Origin: Candidatus Terrybacteria bacterium RIFCSPHIGHO2_01_FULL_48_17
Lineage (GTDB): Bacteria > Patescibacteriota > Minisyncoccia > Terrybacterales > 2-01-FULL-58-14
DNA length: 64,000 nt
Reading direction: 5' to 3'
Assembly: GCA_001822835.1 (NCBI GenBank)
Contig: MHSS01000002.1
Span: 65,060 to 129,059 of the forward strand
Below the pieces are notes generated by a model. It was given only the letters and a program-made list of their open reading frames with translations, was not told the DNA's origin and ran no database searches. Made by a program: the position numbers and the translations under genes. Positions 49,875 to 59,630 of this stretch are shown one piece after another; position 1 is the first letter of the stretch; each line of letters opens with the position of its first letter.

Positions 49875-50285
49875 ATGCTGATGCCTAAAAAGGTAAAACA
49901 TCGAAAGTGGCAGAAGGGTAGATCTCGCGGAATGGCGTCGCGGGGAACCACCCTTGCGTTCGGCGCCTACGGTCTTAAAGCCGAAGGCACGTCTTGGATC
50001 TCATCTCGTCAGATTGAGGCGGCGCGTCGTGCTATTATCAGAACTGCTCGCAAAGGCGGAAAAGTTTGGGTTCGCATTTTTCCGGATAAGCCAGTTACGC
50101 AAAAAGGAACCGAAGTACCCATGGGTGGGGGAAAGGGCGCGCTGGATCACTATGTGTTTCCGGTAACCCCCGGGCGAATTCTCTTTGAGCTTGATGGTGT
50201 TGAGGAGGATATTGCACGCCATGCGCTTCGCCTTGGTGCCCATAAGCTTCCAATAGCGGCGCGCTTTGTACGGCGTGAACACTAA
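49875..50285 (+). CDS. rplP: 50S ribosomal protein L16
   Basis: [18 protein letters not shown] and MGGGKG motifs. Confidence 0.96.
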   Translation: MLMPKKVKHRKWQKGRSRGMASRGTTLAFGAYGLKAEGTSWISSRQIEAARRAIIRTARKGGKVWVRIFPDKPVTQKGTEVPMGGGKGALDHYVFPVTPGRILFELDGVEEDIARHALRLGAHKLPIAARFVRREH

Positions 50286-50289
50286 TGTC

Positions 50290-50481
50290 ATGGCTAAGGA
50301 ATTGTCACAACTGAAAAATATGAACGCGACTGATTTAAATCATACGCTGCAAGAAACACGAGATAAATTGCGCCAGCTTCGATTTAATCTTGCAGGGGGG
50401 AGAATTCGCAACATCAGAGAAATTCGTGCCATGCGCCGTCGGATAGCGCGCATTTTAACCCTTTTACACTTACATGAATAA
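50290..50481 (+). CDS. rpmC: 50S ribosomal protein L29
   Basis: LRQLRF...IR..RRRIARILT motif. Confidence 0.92.
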   Translation: MAKELSQLKNMNATDLNHTLQETRDKLRQLRFNLAGGRIRNIREIRAMRRRIARILTLLHLHE

Positions 50482-50755
50482 CACCACCTTACGCACCAGA
50501 AAACTTACCGGAATAGTAGCGAGTACTAAAATGTCAAAGACCGTTTCTGTGCGCGTTGAGCATATTAAAAAACTTGTAAAGCTCCAGCGTTTTGTGAAAC
50601 GGCATCGAAAATTCTTAGCCCATGATGAGCTTGGCGTACACGAAGGAGATCTGGTGCAGATTCAAGAGACCCGTCCCGTCTCACGGCACAAACGATGGAA
50701 GGTGGTAAAAATTATTTCTTCTATCCACAAAAGCGGAGAAAGCGAGAATGCCTAA
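50474..50755 (+). CDS. rpsQ: 30S ribosomal protein S17
   Basis: KMSKTV.V, AHDE and GD.V.I.ETRP.S motifs. Confidence 0.95.
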   Translation: MNNTTLRTRKLTGIVASTKMSKTVSVRVEHIKKLVKLQRFVKRHRKFLAHDELGVHEGDLVQIQETRPVSRHKRWKVVKIISSIHKSGESENA

Positions 50756-50784
50756 CTTTTTCATGACGCGATTTAACTAAATAC

Positions 50785-51150
50785 ATGGTTCAACCTCGTT
50801 CAATGCTTCAAGTTGCAGATAACACCGGAGCGAAATTGCTGCAGGTGATTACGGTATTGGGCAGCACACGACGCAGATACGCGCAATTAGGGGATCTTGT
50901 GGTTGCGTCTGTAAAGGTGGCAGAACCTCGTAGGGCGGTAAAGAAAAGCGACGTGGTACGGGCGGTCGTGGTCCGACAAAAAAATGCATTTCGCCGTGCC
51001 GACGGGTCTTTTGTGCGGTTTGATGAGAATGCCGCAGTTCTTGTTGATGGTCTTAATCCGCGGGGCGGAAGAATTTTCGGCCCGATTGCCCGGGAAGTGC
51101 GGGATCGTGGTTTTACTAAAATTGCCTCATTGGCGGCTGAAGTTGTATGA
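50785..51150 (+). CDS. rplN: 50S ribosomal protein L14
   Basis: [15 protein letters not shown] and RIFGP.ARE motifs. Confidence 0.97.
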   Translation: MVQPRSMLQVADNTGAKLLQVITVLGSTRRRYAQLGDLVVASVKVAEPRRAVKKSDVVRAVVVRQKNAFRRADGSFVRFDENAAVLVDGLNPRGGRIFGPIAREVRDRGFTKIASLAAEVV

Positions 51151-51452
51151 AAATCAAAACCGGTGACACCGTTACTGTACGCGTGGGGAAAGATCGCGGA
51201 AAATCTGGAAAGATCGTGCGCGCAATACCTTCCTTGGGCAAGGTGCTTGTGGAGAATATTAATCTGGTAAACCGTCATAAAAAACCGCGCAAACAAGGAG
51301 AGAAAGGACAGCGCGTATCGATCCCCGCTTTTATCAATGTTTCGAATGTAAAACTCGTATGCCCTTCATGCAAACAAGCAGTTCGTGTACGGTCTCGACG
51401 GCATGATGGGGGGCGCGAGCGTCAATGCCATAAATGTGGTGCATCGTTATAA
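51147..51452 (+). CDS. rplX: 50S ribosomal protein L24
   Basis: KOW motif GDTV.V..GKDRGK.G. Confidence 0.95.
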   Translation: MKIKTGDTVTVRVGKDRGKSGKIVRAIPSLGKVLVENINLVNRHKKPRKQGEKGQRVSIPAFINVSNVKLVCPSCKQAVRVRSRRHDGGRERQCHKCGASL

Positions 51453-51455
51453 TCT

Positions 51456-52013
51456 ATGACATCCTCTTTTGCAAAAATCCATAAGGAAATTTTGCCGGAG
51501 CTTTTAAAACATGTCGGCTCACAGAATATCCTCGCGGCACCCAAAATCGACAAGGTAATTGTACATGTGTCGGTGGGACGTCTTGTAGTTGGTCAAGGAG
51601 AAAAAACGTTGGAACCATATGAAAAGGATCTTTTACGAATTTGCGGCCAAAAGCCAGCAAGACGTCCTGCTAAAAAATCAATTTCAGCTTTTAAGGTCCG
51701 TCAAGGGATGCCCGTTGGGCTTATGGTAACGCTTCGCGGGAAACGCGCACAAGATTTTTTCTCACGCTTGATTTTAGTCGCGCTTCCTCGTTTACGAGAT
51801 TTCCGTGGAATCGATCAAAAAGCCGTTGATCAAAACGGCAATTTGACCATAGGTATTCGTGAGCAAACTGCATTTCCGGAAGCCGCGAACGAACCAACAG
51901 GAACCGTTTTTGGTTTAGAGGTAACCGTAGTTACAAAAGCAAAAAATCGAGAACATGCGCTTGGATTATTCAAATTGTTGAGAGTTCCCTTTAAAGCCCA
52001 GGACCAGGTATAA
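51456..52013 (+). CDS. rplE: 50S ribosomal protein L5
   Basis: GQKP, FK.R.G and LPR.RDFRG motifs. Confidence 0.96.
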   Translation: MTSSFAKIHKEILPELLKHVGSQNILAAPKIDKVIVHVSVGRLVVGQGEKTLEPYEKDLLRICGQKPARRPAKKSISAFKVRQGMPVGLMVTLRGKRAQDFFSRLILVALPRLRDFRGIDQKAVDQNGNLTIGIREQTAFPEAANEPTGTVFGLEVTVVTKAKNREHALGLFKLLRVPFKAQDQV

Positions 52014-52018
52014 TCGTT

Positions 52019-52204
52019 ATGGCAAAAAAATCGCAAGTGATACGCGCACAACGCAAGCCAAAATTTTCTACGCGCACAGTACGCCGATGTTTTCGTTGTG
52101 GAAGGCGCCGGGGCTTTATGCGCATGTTTGGAATTTGCCGTATTTGTTTCCGCGAACTTGCAAGAAAAGGCGAAATTCCTGGGGTAAGAAAAGCCTCATG
52201 GTAG
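52019..52204 (+). CDS. rpsN: 30S ribosomal protein S14 (zinc-binding type Z)
   Basis: RC.RCGR...[17 protein letters not shown] motif. Confidence 0.96.
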   Translation: MAKKSQVIRAQRKPKFSTRTVRRCFRCGRRRGFMRMFGICRICFRELARKGEIPGVRKASW

Positions 52205-52232
52205 GTGCCCGTTACCCCATATTCTATCTTCT

Positions 52233-52622
52233 ATGACCGATCCCATTGCCGACATGTTAACCAGAATTCGCAATGCCTATGCCCAGGGTGCGGCAGAAGC
52301 GCGTATTCCTTTTTCTCGTCTCAAGGCACAAATTGCCGATATTCTTTCACAAGAGGGATATCTTAGCGGCGTGGAAATAAAGGGACGACTTCCGCGGCGT
52401 ACGCTCGTAGTTGCGCTTCGGTATATTAATCAACGGCCGACCATTGAGGGCATAAAACGAATTTCAAGGCCCGGCCAGAGAATTTATAGAAATGCGCGTC
52501 AATTGCGGCCAACACGATATGGCTTTGGAATAACTATTCTTTCAACCGCAAAGGGTCTTATGACGGAAAGAGCGGCAAGGGACGCACGGCTTGGTGGAGA
52601 GGTTTTGTGCGAAGTGTGGTAA
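52233..52622 (+). CDS. rpsH: 30S ribosomal protein S8
   Basis: DPIADMLTRIRNA and SRPG.R.Y motifs. Confidence 0.96.
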   Translation: MTDPIADMLTRIRNAYAQGAAEARIPFSRLKAQIADILSQEGYLSGVEIKGRLPRRTLVVALRYINQRPTIEGIKRISRPGQRIYRNARQLRPTRYGFGITILSTAKGLMTERAARDARLGGEVLCEVW

Positions 52623-52627
52623 TTAGT

Positions 52628-53173
52628 ATGAGCAGAATCGGCAAACAACCAATTTCGGTTCCCTCCGATGTTTCGATTACCATCGAGGGATCTTTGATTC
52701 AGGCGAATGGACCGAAGGGGAAATTGTTCACCCAGCTCCCCCCCGAAATAAAAGCAGACCACAAAGACGGCATGGTGCTTGTTTCCCCTGTCGGGAACGC
52801 AACAAAACGCGTAAAATCTGTATGGGGATTAACCCGCATGCGGATTGCAAATGCGGTGCAAGGCGCGCACCAGGGTTTTTCAAAGAAACTTATACTTGAG
52901 GGAATTGGGATTCGCGCCCAGTTGGAGGGCAAAGCGCTTGTGTTATCATTAGGGTTTTCACATCCTGTACGGGTTGAGCCGCCAGAAGGCATTACATTTC
53001 TTGTTGAGAAAAATGCGGTTACTATTTTAGGGCCGGATAAACACATGGTGGGTCAAGTGGCGGCTTCCATCAGGGGAATGAAAAAACCGGAACCATATAA
53101 GGGAGCGGGAATTCGTTATGAAAATGAGCAGGTTCGCCGGAAGGCCGGGAAGAAAGCCGCTGCCATAAAATAA
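52628..53173 (+). CDS. rplF: 50S ribosomal protein L6
   Basis: MSRIGK.PI, LGFSHP and PEPYKG.GI motifs. Confidence 0.96.
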   Translation: MSRIGKQPISVPSDVSITIEGSLIQANGPKGKLFTQLPPEIKADHKDGMVLVSPVGNATKRVKSVWGLTRMRIANAVQGAHQGFSKKLILEGIGIRAQLEGKALVLSLGFSHPVRVEPPEGITFLVEKNAVTILGPDKHMVGQVAASIRGMKKPEPYKGAGIRYENEQVRRKAGKKAAAIK

Positions 53174-53188
53174 TCTTTATAGCTTTTT

Positions 53189-53566
53189 ATGCCCCGCAAT
53201 GTTTCCAGAACCATCAAACGAATATCACGTCACCGGCGTATACGCGCACGTATTTTGGGTACAAGCGCTGTGCCGCGCCTTGCGGTGTTTCGTTCGAACA
53301 AAACTATTGTTGCGCAGCTTATTGATGATACCAGGGGATTTACATTAGCCGCGGCATCAAGTAAGCAGATAAAGAAAACAAAAGAGATTCCCAAAATAGA
53401 TTTTTCTCCGGGCCTGCTTCGGGCGTATCTGGTTGGTAGGGCAGTTGGGGATACCGCCAAGAAAGCGGGATTTTTGAGAGTTAAATTTGATCGTGGGGGC
53501 TTCGCTTATCATGGGAAGATCAGGGCATTGGCTCAAGGTGCCCGCGATGCAGGCCTTTCGTTTTAA
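53189..53566 (+). CDS. rplR: 50S ribosomal protein L18
   Basis: PRL.VFRSN and FDRGG..YHG motifs. Confidence 0.95.
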   Translation: MPRNVSRTIKRISRHRRIRARILGTSAVPRLAVFRSNKTIVAQLIDDTRGFTLAAASSKQIKKTKEIPKIDFSPGLLRAYLVGRAVGDTAKKAGFLRVKFDRGGFAYHGKIRALAQGARDAGLSF

Positions 53567-53580
53567 AGAAAGATTTTTAT

Positions 53581-54108
53581 ATGCTTCGACAAAAGCGAGA
53601 TTTCACAAGAGGCGCAAAGAAAGGAAGCGGGAGAGAGCAAGAGCAAGAATTTGAAAGCCGGACACTGGACTTAAGCCGTACTGCGCGCATGGTTGCTGGC
53701 GGGCGCCGCTTTCGTTTTCGTGCCCTGGTTGTGGTGGGTGATAGAGCAGGTAGAGTTGGGTTGGGGATGGCAAAAGCAAAAGATGCCACGCAGGCAGTAG
53801 AAAAAGCCGTAACGCGTGCAAAAAATTCACTGGTACGTGTGCCGAGACGCGGCTCTACCGTGCCAAGCGACGCAATTGCAAAGGTGGGCCCTGCAAGGGT
53901 ACTTTTGCGACCTTCACGTCCGGGACGGGGTATTCGTGCAGGAGGTACGGTACGGCATGTGCTTGAATTGGCAGGCATTGCGGACGTTACTGCAAAAATT
54001 CTTTCTCGTTCAACAAATAGTTTAAATAATGCGCGCGCCACCCTTGCTGCGCTTGAAAAACTTTCTAGGCGCCTTGAGGTTGCAAAGGTGCGAAAACAGA
54101 AATCTTAA
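53581..54108 (+). CDS. rpsE: 30S ribosomal protein S5
   Basis: GGRRFRF.ALVVVGD and G.GI.AGG motifs. Confidence 0.95.
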   Translation: MLRQKRDFTRGAKKGSGREQEQEFESRTLDLSRTARMVAGGRRFRFRALVVVGDRAGRVGLGMAKAKDATQAVEKAVTRAKNSLVRVPRRGSTVPSDAIAKVGPARVLLRPSRPGRGIRAGGTVRHVLELAGIADVTAKILSRSTNSLNNARATLAALEKLSRRLEVAKVRKQKS

Positions 54109-54112
54109 CAGT

Positions 54113-54562
54113 ATGCAACTACATCACATCAAAAAACCAAGGAATCAAAAACTAAGCCGTCGCGTGGGAAGGGGGGGGAAGCGTGGTACGTATTCCGGCA
54201 GAGGCATGAAAGGACAACGATCAAGAGCCGGAGCCAAAATACGTCCAGCAGTTCGAGATCTTATTAAGAAGATTCCAAAATTGCGAGGGGCCGAAGGGAG
54301 AGGCACAAGCCCCAAAAAACCTCTTGCCCCAACGATAGTTTTGGTGGAACGAATCCAGCAACACTTTCGGGCAGGAGAAAAAGTAACCCCACGAACACTT
54401 TTCGCAAAAGGTATCGTTGAAAAACGGCTTGGAAAAATTCCTGAAGTAAAACTTTTGGGATCAGGAAAAATCTCCAAGAAATTATTGGTGTCTGAATGTC
54501 AAATATCCTCCGGAGCTCGCAAGGCGATTGAAAAAGCAGGCGGGAGCATAGAGAAACCCTAA
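54113..54562 (+). CDS. rplO: 50S ribosomal protein L15
   Basis: RVGRGG..G.YSGRG.KGQ.SR and IEKAGG motifs. Confidence 0.94.
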   Translation: MQLHHIKKPRNQKLSRRVGRGGKRGTYSGRGMKGQRSRAGAKIRPAVRDLIKKIPKLRGAEGRGTSPKKPLAPTIVLVERIQQHFRAGEKVTPRTLFAKGIVEKRLGKIPEVKLLGSGKISKKLLVSECQISSGARKAIEKAGGSIEKP

Positions 54563-54576
54563 ACTTTATTGTATAT

Positions 54577-55848
54577 ATGTTTGAGAAACTTTTACTTTTG
54601 TGGAAAATTTCGGAATTGCGCGCAAAGATTCTTTTTGTGCTTGGCATGCTTGCGGTGTTCCGGCTCGCCGCATCGATCCCCGTGGCCGGTGTCGACACAG
54701 AACGGCTTGCTGCATTTTTCCAGTCGAATCAGCTTTTTGGCCTCATCAATATTTTTACGGGGGGAACGCTTGAAAATTTATCAATCGCCATGCTTGGTGT
54801 GGGGCCTTATATTACCGCAACCATTATTCTGCAGTTGCTGACCATGATCTTCCCGCGTTTAAAGGAAATGTATTACGAAGAGGGCGAACAGGGGCGGCAG
54901 AAATTTAACCAAATCGGGCGTCTTTTGACCGTCCCCTTGGCGATTCTGCAAGGTTTTGGTTTTTTGCGACTTTTAGCTTCACAGGGCGTTGTAGAGTTAA
55001 CACCTATCACCACCGCAGTTAACATTGCGGTCGTAGTTGCAGGAACCATTCTTTTAATGTGGCTTGGGGAACTGATTACGGAAAAAGGTATTGGCAACGG
55101 TGTTTCGCTTATCATCTTTGCCGGTATTGTGGCATCTATCCCGCAATCACTCTTTCAGTTTTTCTCAACGTGGGATCAGACAAAACTTTTTCAAACCGTA
55201 GCATTTGCGGCAATTGCAATTATTGTTGTGGCGGGTGTGGTTTTAATTAACGAGGCACAGCGGCGCGTTCCTATTGCGTATGCCAAGCGTATCCGCGGAT
55301 TTCGTATGTACGGTGGTGTTTCAACGCACCTTCCTATACGCGTAAATTCCGCTGGCGTTATTCCCATTATTTTTGCCTTGTCCATCGTGCTTTTTCCGGG
55401 AATGATAGCCCAATTTTTCACTACGGTGGATGTTCCTCAAATTGCAAGTATCGCTAATACAATTCAAAATATTTTTTCCGTAAATAACTGGACGAGCATA
55501 TTTATCTATTTTGGTTTAGTGTTTATATTCACTTATTTTTATACCGCTGTCATTTTTGATCCCAAGGAAATTTCACAAAACATCCAGCGCTCAGGCGGAT
55601 TTATCCCAGGAATTCGGCCGGGCTCGCCCATGGTAAGCCATCTCTCGCGTATTATTAACCGAACTACTCTTGTCGGAGCTTCGTTTTTGGGAATCATTGC
55701 GGTGTTGCCACAAGTGATGCAGCAGGGCTTGAATCTGCCCGCCCTCACCATCGGGGGAACGGCGGTATTGATTGTCGTGTCGGTGGTGATTGAGACGATG
55801 AAACAAATAGAAGCGCAGCTGACAATGCGGGAATACGAAGGGTTTTAG
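54577..55848 (+). CDS. secY: preprotein translocase subunit SecY
   Basis: LGVGPYITA.II.QLL, GIGNG.SL.IFAGI and IPGIRPG motifs. Confidence 0.97.
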   Translation: MFEKLLLLWKISELRAKILFVLGMLAVFRLAASIPVAGVDTERLAAFFQSNQLFGLINIFTGGTLENLSIAMLGVGPYITATIILQLLTMIFPRLKEMYYEEGEQGRQKFNQIGRLLTVPLAILQGFGFLRLLASQGVVELTPITTAVNIAVVVAGTILLMWLGELITEKGIGNGVSLIIFAGIVASIPQSLFQFFSTWDQTKLFQTVAFAAIAIIVVAGVVLINEAQRRVPIAYAKRIRGFRMYGGVSTHLPIRVNSAGVIPIIFALSIVLFPGMIAQFFTTVDVPQIASIANTIQNIFSVNNWTSIFIYFGLVFIFTYFYTAVIFDPKEISQNIQRSGGFIPGIRPGSPMVSHLSRIINRTTLVGASFLGIIAVLPQVMQQGLNLPALTIGGTAVLIVVSVVIETMKQIEAQLTMREYEGF

Positions 55849-56002
55849 AGCTCGCGCAGGGCCATTTGCGAAACGCGACAATCCCCAGCGAGGATTGTCG
55901 CTCTGTCCTCGCCGCGCTCCCCCGCATACGGTTTATATTTTATAAGGAAGCGGGGACCATGCCCGCGCGGCTGCGAAGGTTCGCAAATGTCCCTTCGCTC
56001 AC
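55848..56002. repeat. structured post-stop element (layers Y+Z)
   Basis: GCAGGGCCATTTGCGAA...TTCGCAAATGTCCCT, near-identical to 59698-59836 apart from covarying stems. Confidence 0.88.
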
Positions 56003-56066
56003 CCCAAAAAAGTTGCTTGGCTGCTTCATTCATTGTTTCGTAAAGAGAAGGGTAGGATAAAAGGAG

Positions 56067-56100
56067 ACCGGCCGTGCATTGCACGGCCGGTTTTTGTTTT
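56067..56100. terminator. likely bidirectional terminator
   Basis: ACCGGCCGTGCA-T-TGCACGGCCGGT followed by a T-tract. Confidence 0.7.
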
Positions 56101-56777
56101 TATCCTGCTTCGTCTGATCCATCTTCATGATTTTCACCCATGATCGCTTTGAGCAGCTTTTCGGTGGGAAAGATGACGAGCGTGCCCTTTACCCATTTTT
56201 CGCGGAAATAACCCCATTGAATTAAACCATCAACGGTCCATGGGCCGTCTGACAATCGTATGAGGTCTTCCTTGGGGAATCCCGCAAGGCGGTTCCATAT
56301 ACGGCAGAGAATCATAAAGGTTTCAACAAAAGATTCATCCTCTGCTTTTCCAAGACGCAGCCCTCTTTCAAAATAGACGCTGGTTGGAGAATACCGATCC
56401 GTCCGAGAGTTTAGAGTATTTTCCAATTCTAGATCCCAAAAAGCGGCCCTACAGAAAGATTGGATGAGAACTCTTTTGCCGTGTTCGTCAATCCAGACCT
56501 CTTCCGCGTCTGTTTTTTCTGGTGCGGTTTTCCGTTTCATTTGCCTTTCTTCTTTTGTTGCGCTTTCAAGGATTTTCTGGAAGGCATCCGGGTTGCGTTC
56601 CTTCAGACGTATGACATCTGCGACGATTTTCACTTCCTCGTCTGTAAGCCCCAGCATTTGGGCTGCTCTCCCGGCTTTATTTTGGGAGCAGTGGGCGCGT
56701 TGCCCAAGCTCAACGAGAAAAGGGTTTTGCCGTAGTGCTTCCCGAATTCTTTCCGCAAGCTCTTTTTGTGAGCGCAT
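56100..56777 (-). CDS. hypothetical protein inserted antisense between secY and adk
   Basis: 225-aa ORF with a GGAGG SD. Confidence 0.7.
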   Translation of the reverse strand: MRSQKELAERIREALRQNPFLVELGQRAHCSQNKAGRAAQMLGLTDEEVKIVADVIRLKERNPDAFQKILESATKEERQMKRKTAPEKTDAEEVWIDEHGKRVLIQSFCRAAFWDLELENTLNSRTDRYSPTSVYFERGLRLGKAEDESFVETFMILCRIWNRLAGFPKEDLIRLSDGPWTVDGLIQWGYFREKWVKGTLVIFPTEKLLKAIMGENHEDGSDEAG

Positions 56778-56997
56778 TGCTCAACCTCCGGAGGCGGGCG
56801 CGTTGCCGCTTTCAAAGAGCATAGAGAAAGCGTAGTAAATAATAGTTGGCTTGTCAATGCTTCATGGGGACACGCCGAAAGTTTTTATTATTTTTGGTTC
56901 GGACCTCTTGAGATCCTACTATCGAGGTCGGACCTCGATAGCGATAGTTTGTTGTTGCAGGAGCCCATTTTTCTTGTTACTGTATGGTTGAACTTTC

Positions 56998-57567
56998 ATG
57001 CAGAGGCGCTACGATGCGGTATTTTTAATTGGGAGACCTGGCTGCGGCAAGGGGACGCAGTCGCGGCTATTGCAAAGACGTGCTGGTTTTGCCTTGGTGA
57101 AAACCGGTACTCTTTTTCGGGCATTGGCAAAAAAACAAACAACACTTGGCCGTAACGTCAAAAAAACGCTCAATCGAGGAAAACTCATGCCGCCATGGCT
57201 TGCGTTTTCCGTAGTGCTGGATGCATCGGGACGTGTCGATGCAAAGAAGCCGGTGTTGTTTGATGGCAGCCCCCGTACTAAAAGAGAGGCCGAATGGCTC
57301 ACTGCTGCTTTACCATGGTTTGGCAGAAATCATATTGCCGCCGTGCATCTTTTCATACGTCCGCAAGAATCATACCGCCGGCTCATCTTACGCAAAAGAC
57401 ACGACGATACTCCCGTCGTGATTCGTGCACGTCTACAAGAGTTTGACCGTAATGTAATGGCTGCCCTTCGTGTGCTTCGTGAAAAGCGGCTGCTTAAAAC
57501 GGTCAAGGGAGAACGACCCATCCAGGAAGTAGCACGCGATATTCGCAGGGTATTGCATTTGACATAA
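56998..57567 (+). CDS. adk: adenylate kinase family, short (LID-less)
   Basis: GRPGCGKGTQ, DGSPRT and R.R.DD motifs. Confidence 0.85.
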   Translation: MQRRYDAVFLIGRPGCGKGTQSRLLQRRAGFALVKTGTLFRALAKKQTTLGRNVKKTLNRGKLMPPWLAFSVVLDASGRVDAKKPVLFDGSPRTKREAEWLTAALPWFGRNHIAAVHLFIRPQESYRRLILRKRHDDTPVVIRARLQEFDRNVMAALRVLREKRLLKTVKGERPIQEVARDIRRVLHLT

Positions 57568-57576
57568 CGTGGATTT

Positions 57577-58260
57577 ATGCAAAAAGCTGTTATCATTTTT
57601 GGTCCGCCAGGTGCGGGTAAGGGGACACAAGCAGAGATGTTTGCGGACGCGTTTGGTTTTTTGCATCTTGAAACAAGCCGCATTATTGAGGAGGCGTTGG
57701 CGACGCACGATTCAACGGAATATATTATTGCCGGAAAATCATACACCTACGGGCAGGAGAAAGAAAATTTCGACAAAGGAATTTTGGTGGAGCCGGAGGT
57801 AGTTGTACATTGGATGGTTGAGGCGATACGAAGCCATGCCCGTGCGGGAAAATCGATTGTTTTTTCTGGATCTCCCCGTACCCTCTTCGAGGCAGAGCAC
57901 CTATATCCGGTATTGCATGAATGTTTTGGCGGCAATGGCTTTTTTTGTTTTCATCTAACTGTTCCGCCAGATCTTTCAGTAAGCCGTAACATGCGGCGGC
58001 GTATTTGTGTCGCATGCCGTCTACCGCATGAGCCCAATAAAACGGTGTTGGAGTGTACGCGTTGCCGGGGAAGTTTAGTGACGCGCGGTGAACTTGATTC
58101 GCATACCTCGCTTCGCAAGCGGCTCGAAGAGTTTGAAAAACGCACCCTGCCTGGAATTTATCACTTTGAAGATCAAGGTCGTGCGGTATCGCGGCTGGAC
58201 GGTTCGCGCCCACCCGATGATGTTTTTAGGCATTTGTGTGCATTGCTTGGTTTAGTATGA
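57577..58260 (+). CDS. adk: adenylate kinase family with Zn-type LID
   Basis: GPPGAGKGTQ, GSPRT and CxxC...CxxC LID. Confidence 0.85.
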   Translation: MQKAVIIFGPPGAGKGTQAEMFADAFGFLHLETSRIIEEALATHDSTEYIIAGKSYTYGQEKENFDKGILVEPEVVVHWMVEAIRSHARAGKSIVFSGSPRTLFEAEHLYPVLHECFGGNGFFCFHLTVPPDLSVSRNMRRRICVACRLPHEPNKTVLECTRCRGSLVTRGELDSHTSLRKRLEEFEKRTLPGIYHFEDQGRAVSRLDGSRPPDDVFRHLCALLGLV

Positions 58261-58997
58261 AACACTCTCCACAAGATATTGTCGCAATGCGCGCGTCGGG
58301 GCAAACCGCCGCGCGTATCCTTAAAGAAGTGGCCTTGCGCGTTCAAGCGGGTATAACGCCAAAAGAACTTGATCGTATTGCGCGCAAGGAAATTGAATCG
58401 GCAAAAGTTAAGCCCGCTTTTTTGGGCTATGATAAATTTCCCGCGGTGTTGTGCGTTTCGGTAAACAGCGTTGCGGTGCACGGCGCGCCAAGCGATATTG
58501 AATTTTGTGAGGGGGACGTCGTGGGGCTTGACTTTGGCGTTATCAAAAACGGCTGGTATTCCGATTTGGCTATAACAGTAGGGGTTGGCCAAATTTCCTC
58601 TGAAGCACAAAAACTTATTACGGTATGCAAAACAGCGCTTGAACGAGCAATTTCAGTATTAAAAGAAGGGGTGAGTGTAGGTGATATTTCCTCCACAATT
58701 CAAACATACGTTGAGGGGAATGGCTTTTTGGTTATTCGTGAACTTGTGGGACACGGCATTGGGAAAAACCTTCACGAGTTGCCTCATGTGCCCAATTTTG
58801 GGAAACCCGGCATTGGGGAAGTGCTGGAAGAAGGGGCAACGATTGCCATTGAGCCGATTATTTCGGTTTCCGACGAGCACGTGGAGCTTGATTCGGACCA
58901 GTTTAGCTGGCGTACAAAAAAAGGGTCGCTTGCCGCGCATTTTGAACATACCGTTGTAGTTACCAAAGAGGGCGCGGATATTTTGACATTGCCGTAA
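58257..58997 (+). CDS. map: methionine aminopeptidase type I
   Basis: CVSVN...VHG.P, GHGIG..LHE.P, AIEP and AHFEHT motifs. Confidence 0.96.
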   Translation: MKHSPQDIVAMRASGQTAARILKEVALRVQAGITPKELDRIARKEIESAKVKPAFLGYDKFPAVLCVSVNSVAVHGAPSDIEFCEGDVVGLDFGVIKNGWYSDLAITVGVGQISSEAQKLITVCKTALERAISVLKEGVSVGDISSTIQTYVEGNGFLVIRELVGHGIGKNLHELPHVPNFGKPGIGEVLEEGATIAIEPIISVSDEHVELDSDQFSWRTKKGSLAAHFEHTVVVTKEGADILTLP

Positions 58998-59006
58998 GAA
59001 AAAGAT

Positions 59007-59327
59007 ATGCTGCACATAGCATCTTTGAAAAGAAGAGGAATCCCCATGGACTTTCCCCATAACTTTTCCTACGATCTACTTAAGTGTCTTGGAGTTTTGC
59101 GGATCAACGATGACGGAACAGCGACATTACAATTTTTTCAAGGCGCATCTTCTGTTAACGCACCGCTAGGATTTGTTGCGGTAGATCATATGGGTATTGC
59201 AATTGCCCATATTGTAGATAAGGATGTCGCCGGTGAATTTATAAAAATGATCCCTGGAGCCGTCTTCCGCGTTTTCAAGATAGTTCGGCTTCCGAACTCG
59301 ATCTTTCTTTTTGGCGAGCCCAGTTAG
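59007..59327 (+). CDS. hypothetical protein
   Basis: ORF filling the gap. Start codon uncertain. Confidence 0.5.
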   Translation: MLHIASLKRRGIPMDFPHNFSYDLLKCLGVLRINDDGTATLQFFQGASSVNAPLGFVAVDHMGIAIAHIVDKDVAGEFIKMIPGAVFRVFKIVRLPNSIFLFGEPS

Positions 59328-59345
59328 GGTTCGCTTTTTGCCATT

Positions 59346-59630
59346 ATGCGTTTTTCAATACCCAAACAGCGCTATATTTTGACCACTGCGTTGCGGCGCA
59401 TCGGATATGCGCCGAGTCGCCGCGGGCAGAGTTTTGTGCGCAAACTTTCTTCAACGCCCTATCCCCAATTTCATTTATATGTGGAAGAAACCGAACGCGG
59501 ATGGGGGTTTAACCTTCATTTGGATCAGAAGCAGCCAACGTATGAGCCGGGGCGGGCGCACGCAGGGGAGTATGAGGGTGAAGTAGTGGAGCGCGAGGCC
59601 GCGCGAATACGCGCGTTTATCGATACATAA
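59346..59630 (+). CDS. small hypothetical protein
   Basis: YP.FH.Y...LHLDQK...H.GEY pattern. Confidence 0.7.
   Translation: MRFSIPKQRYILTTALRRIGYAPSRRGQSFVRKLSSTPYPQFHLYVEETERGWGFNLHLDQKQPTYEPGRAHAGEYEGEVVEREAARIRAFIDT

Noticed and set aside
55870-55975. HDV-like ribozyme on the minus strand (contains GGGCATGGTCCC and CCTCGCTGG)
   Set aside because: The words resemble HDV, but covariation places CCTCGCTGG at the tip of a long simple hairpin. I could not build P1/P2/P3 of the nested double pseudoknot.
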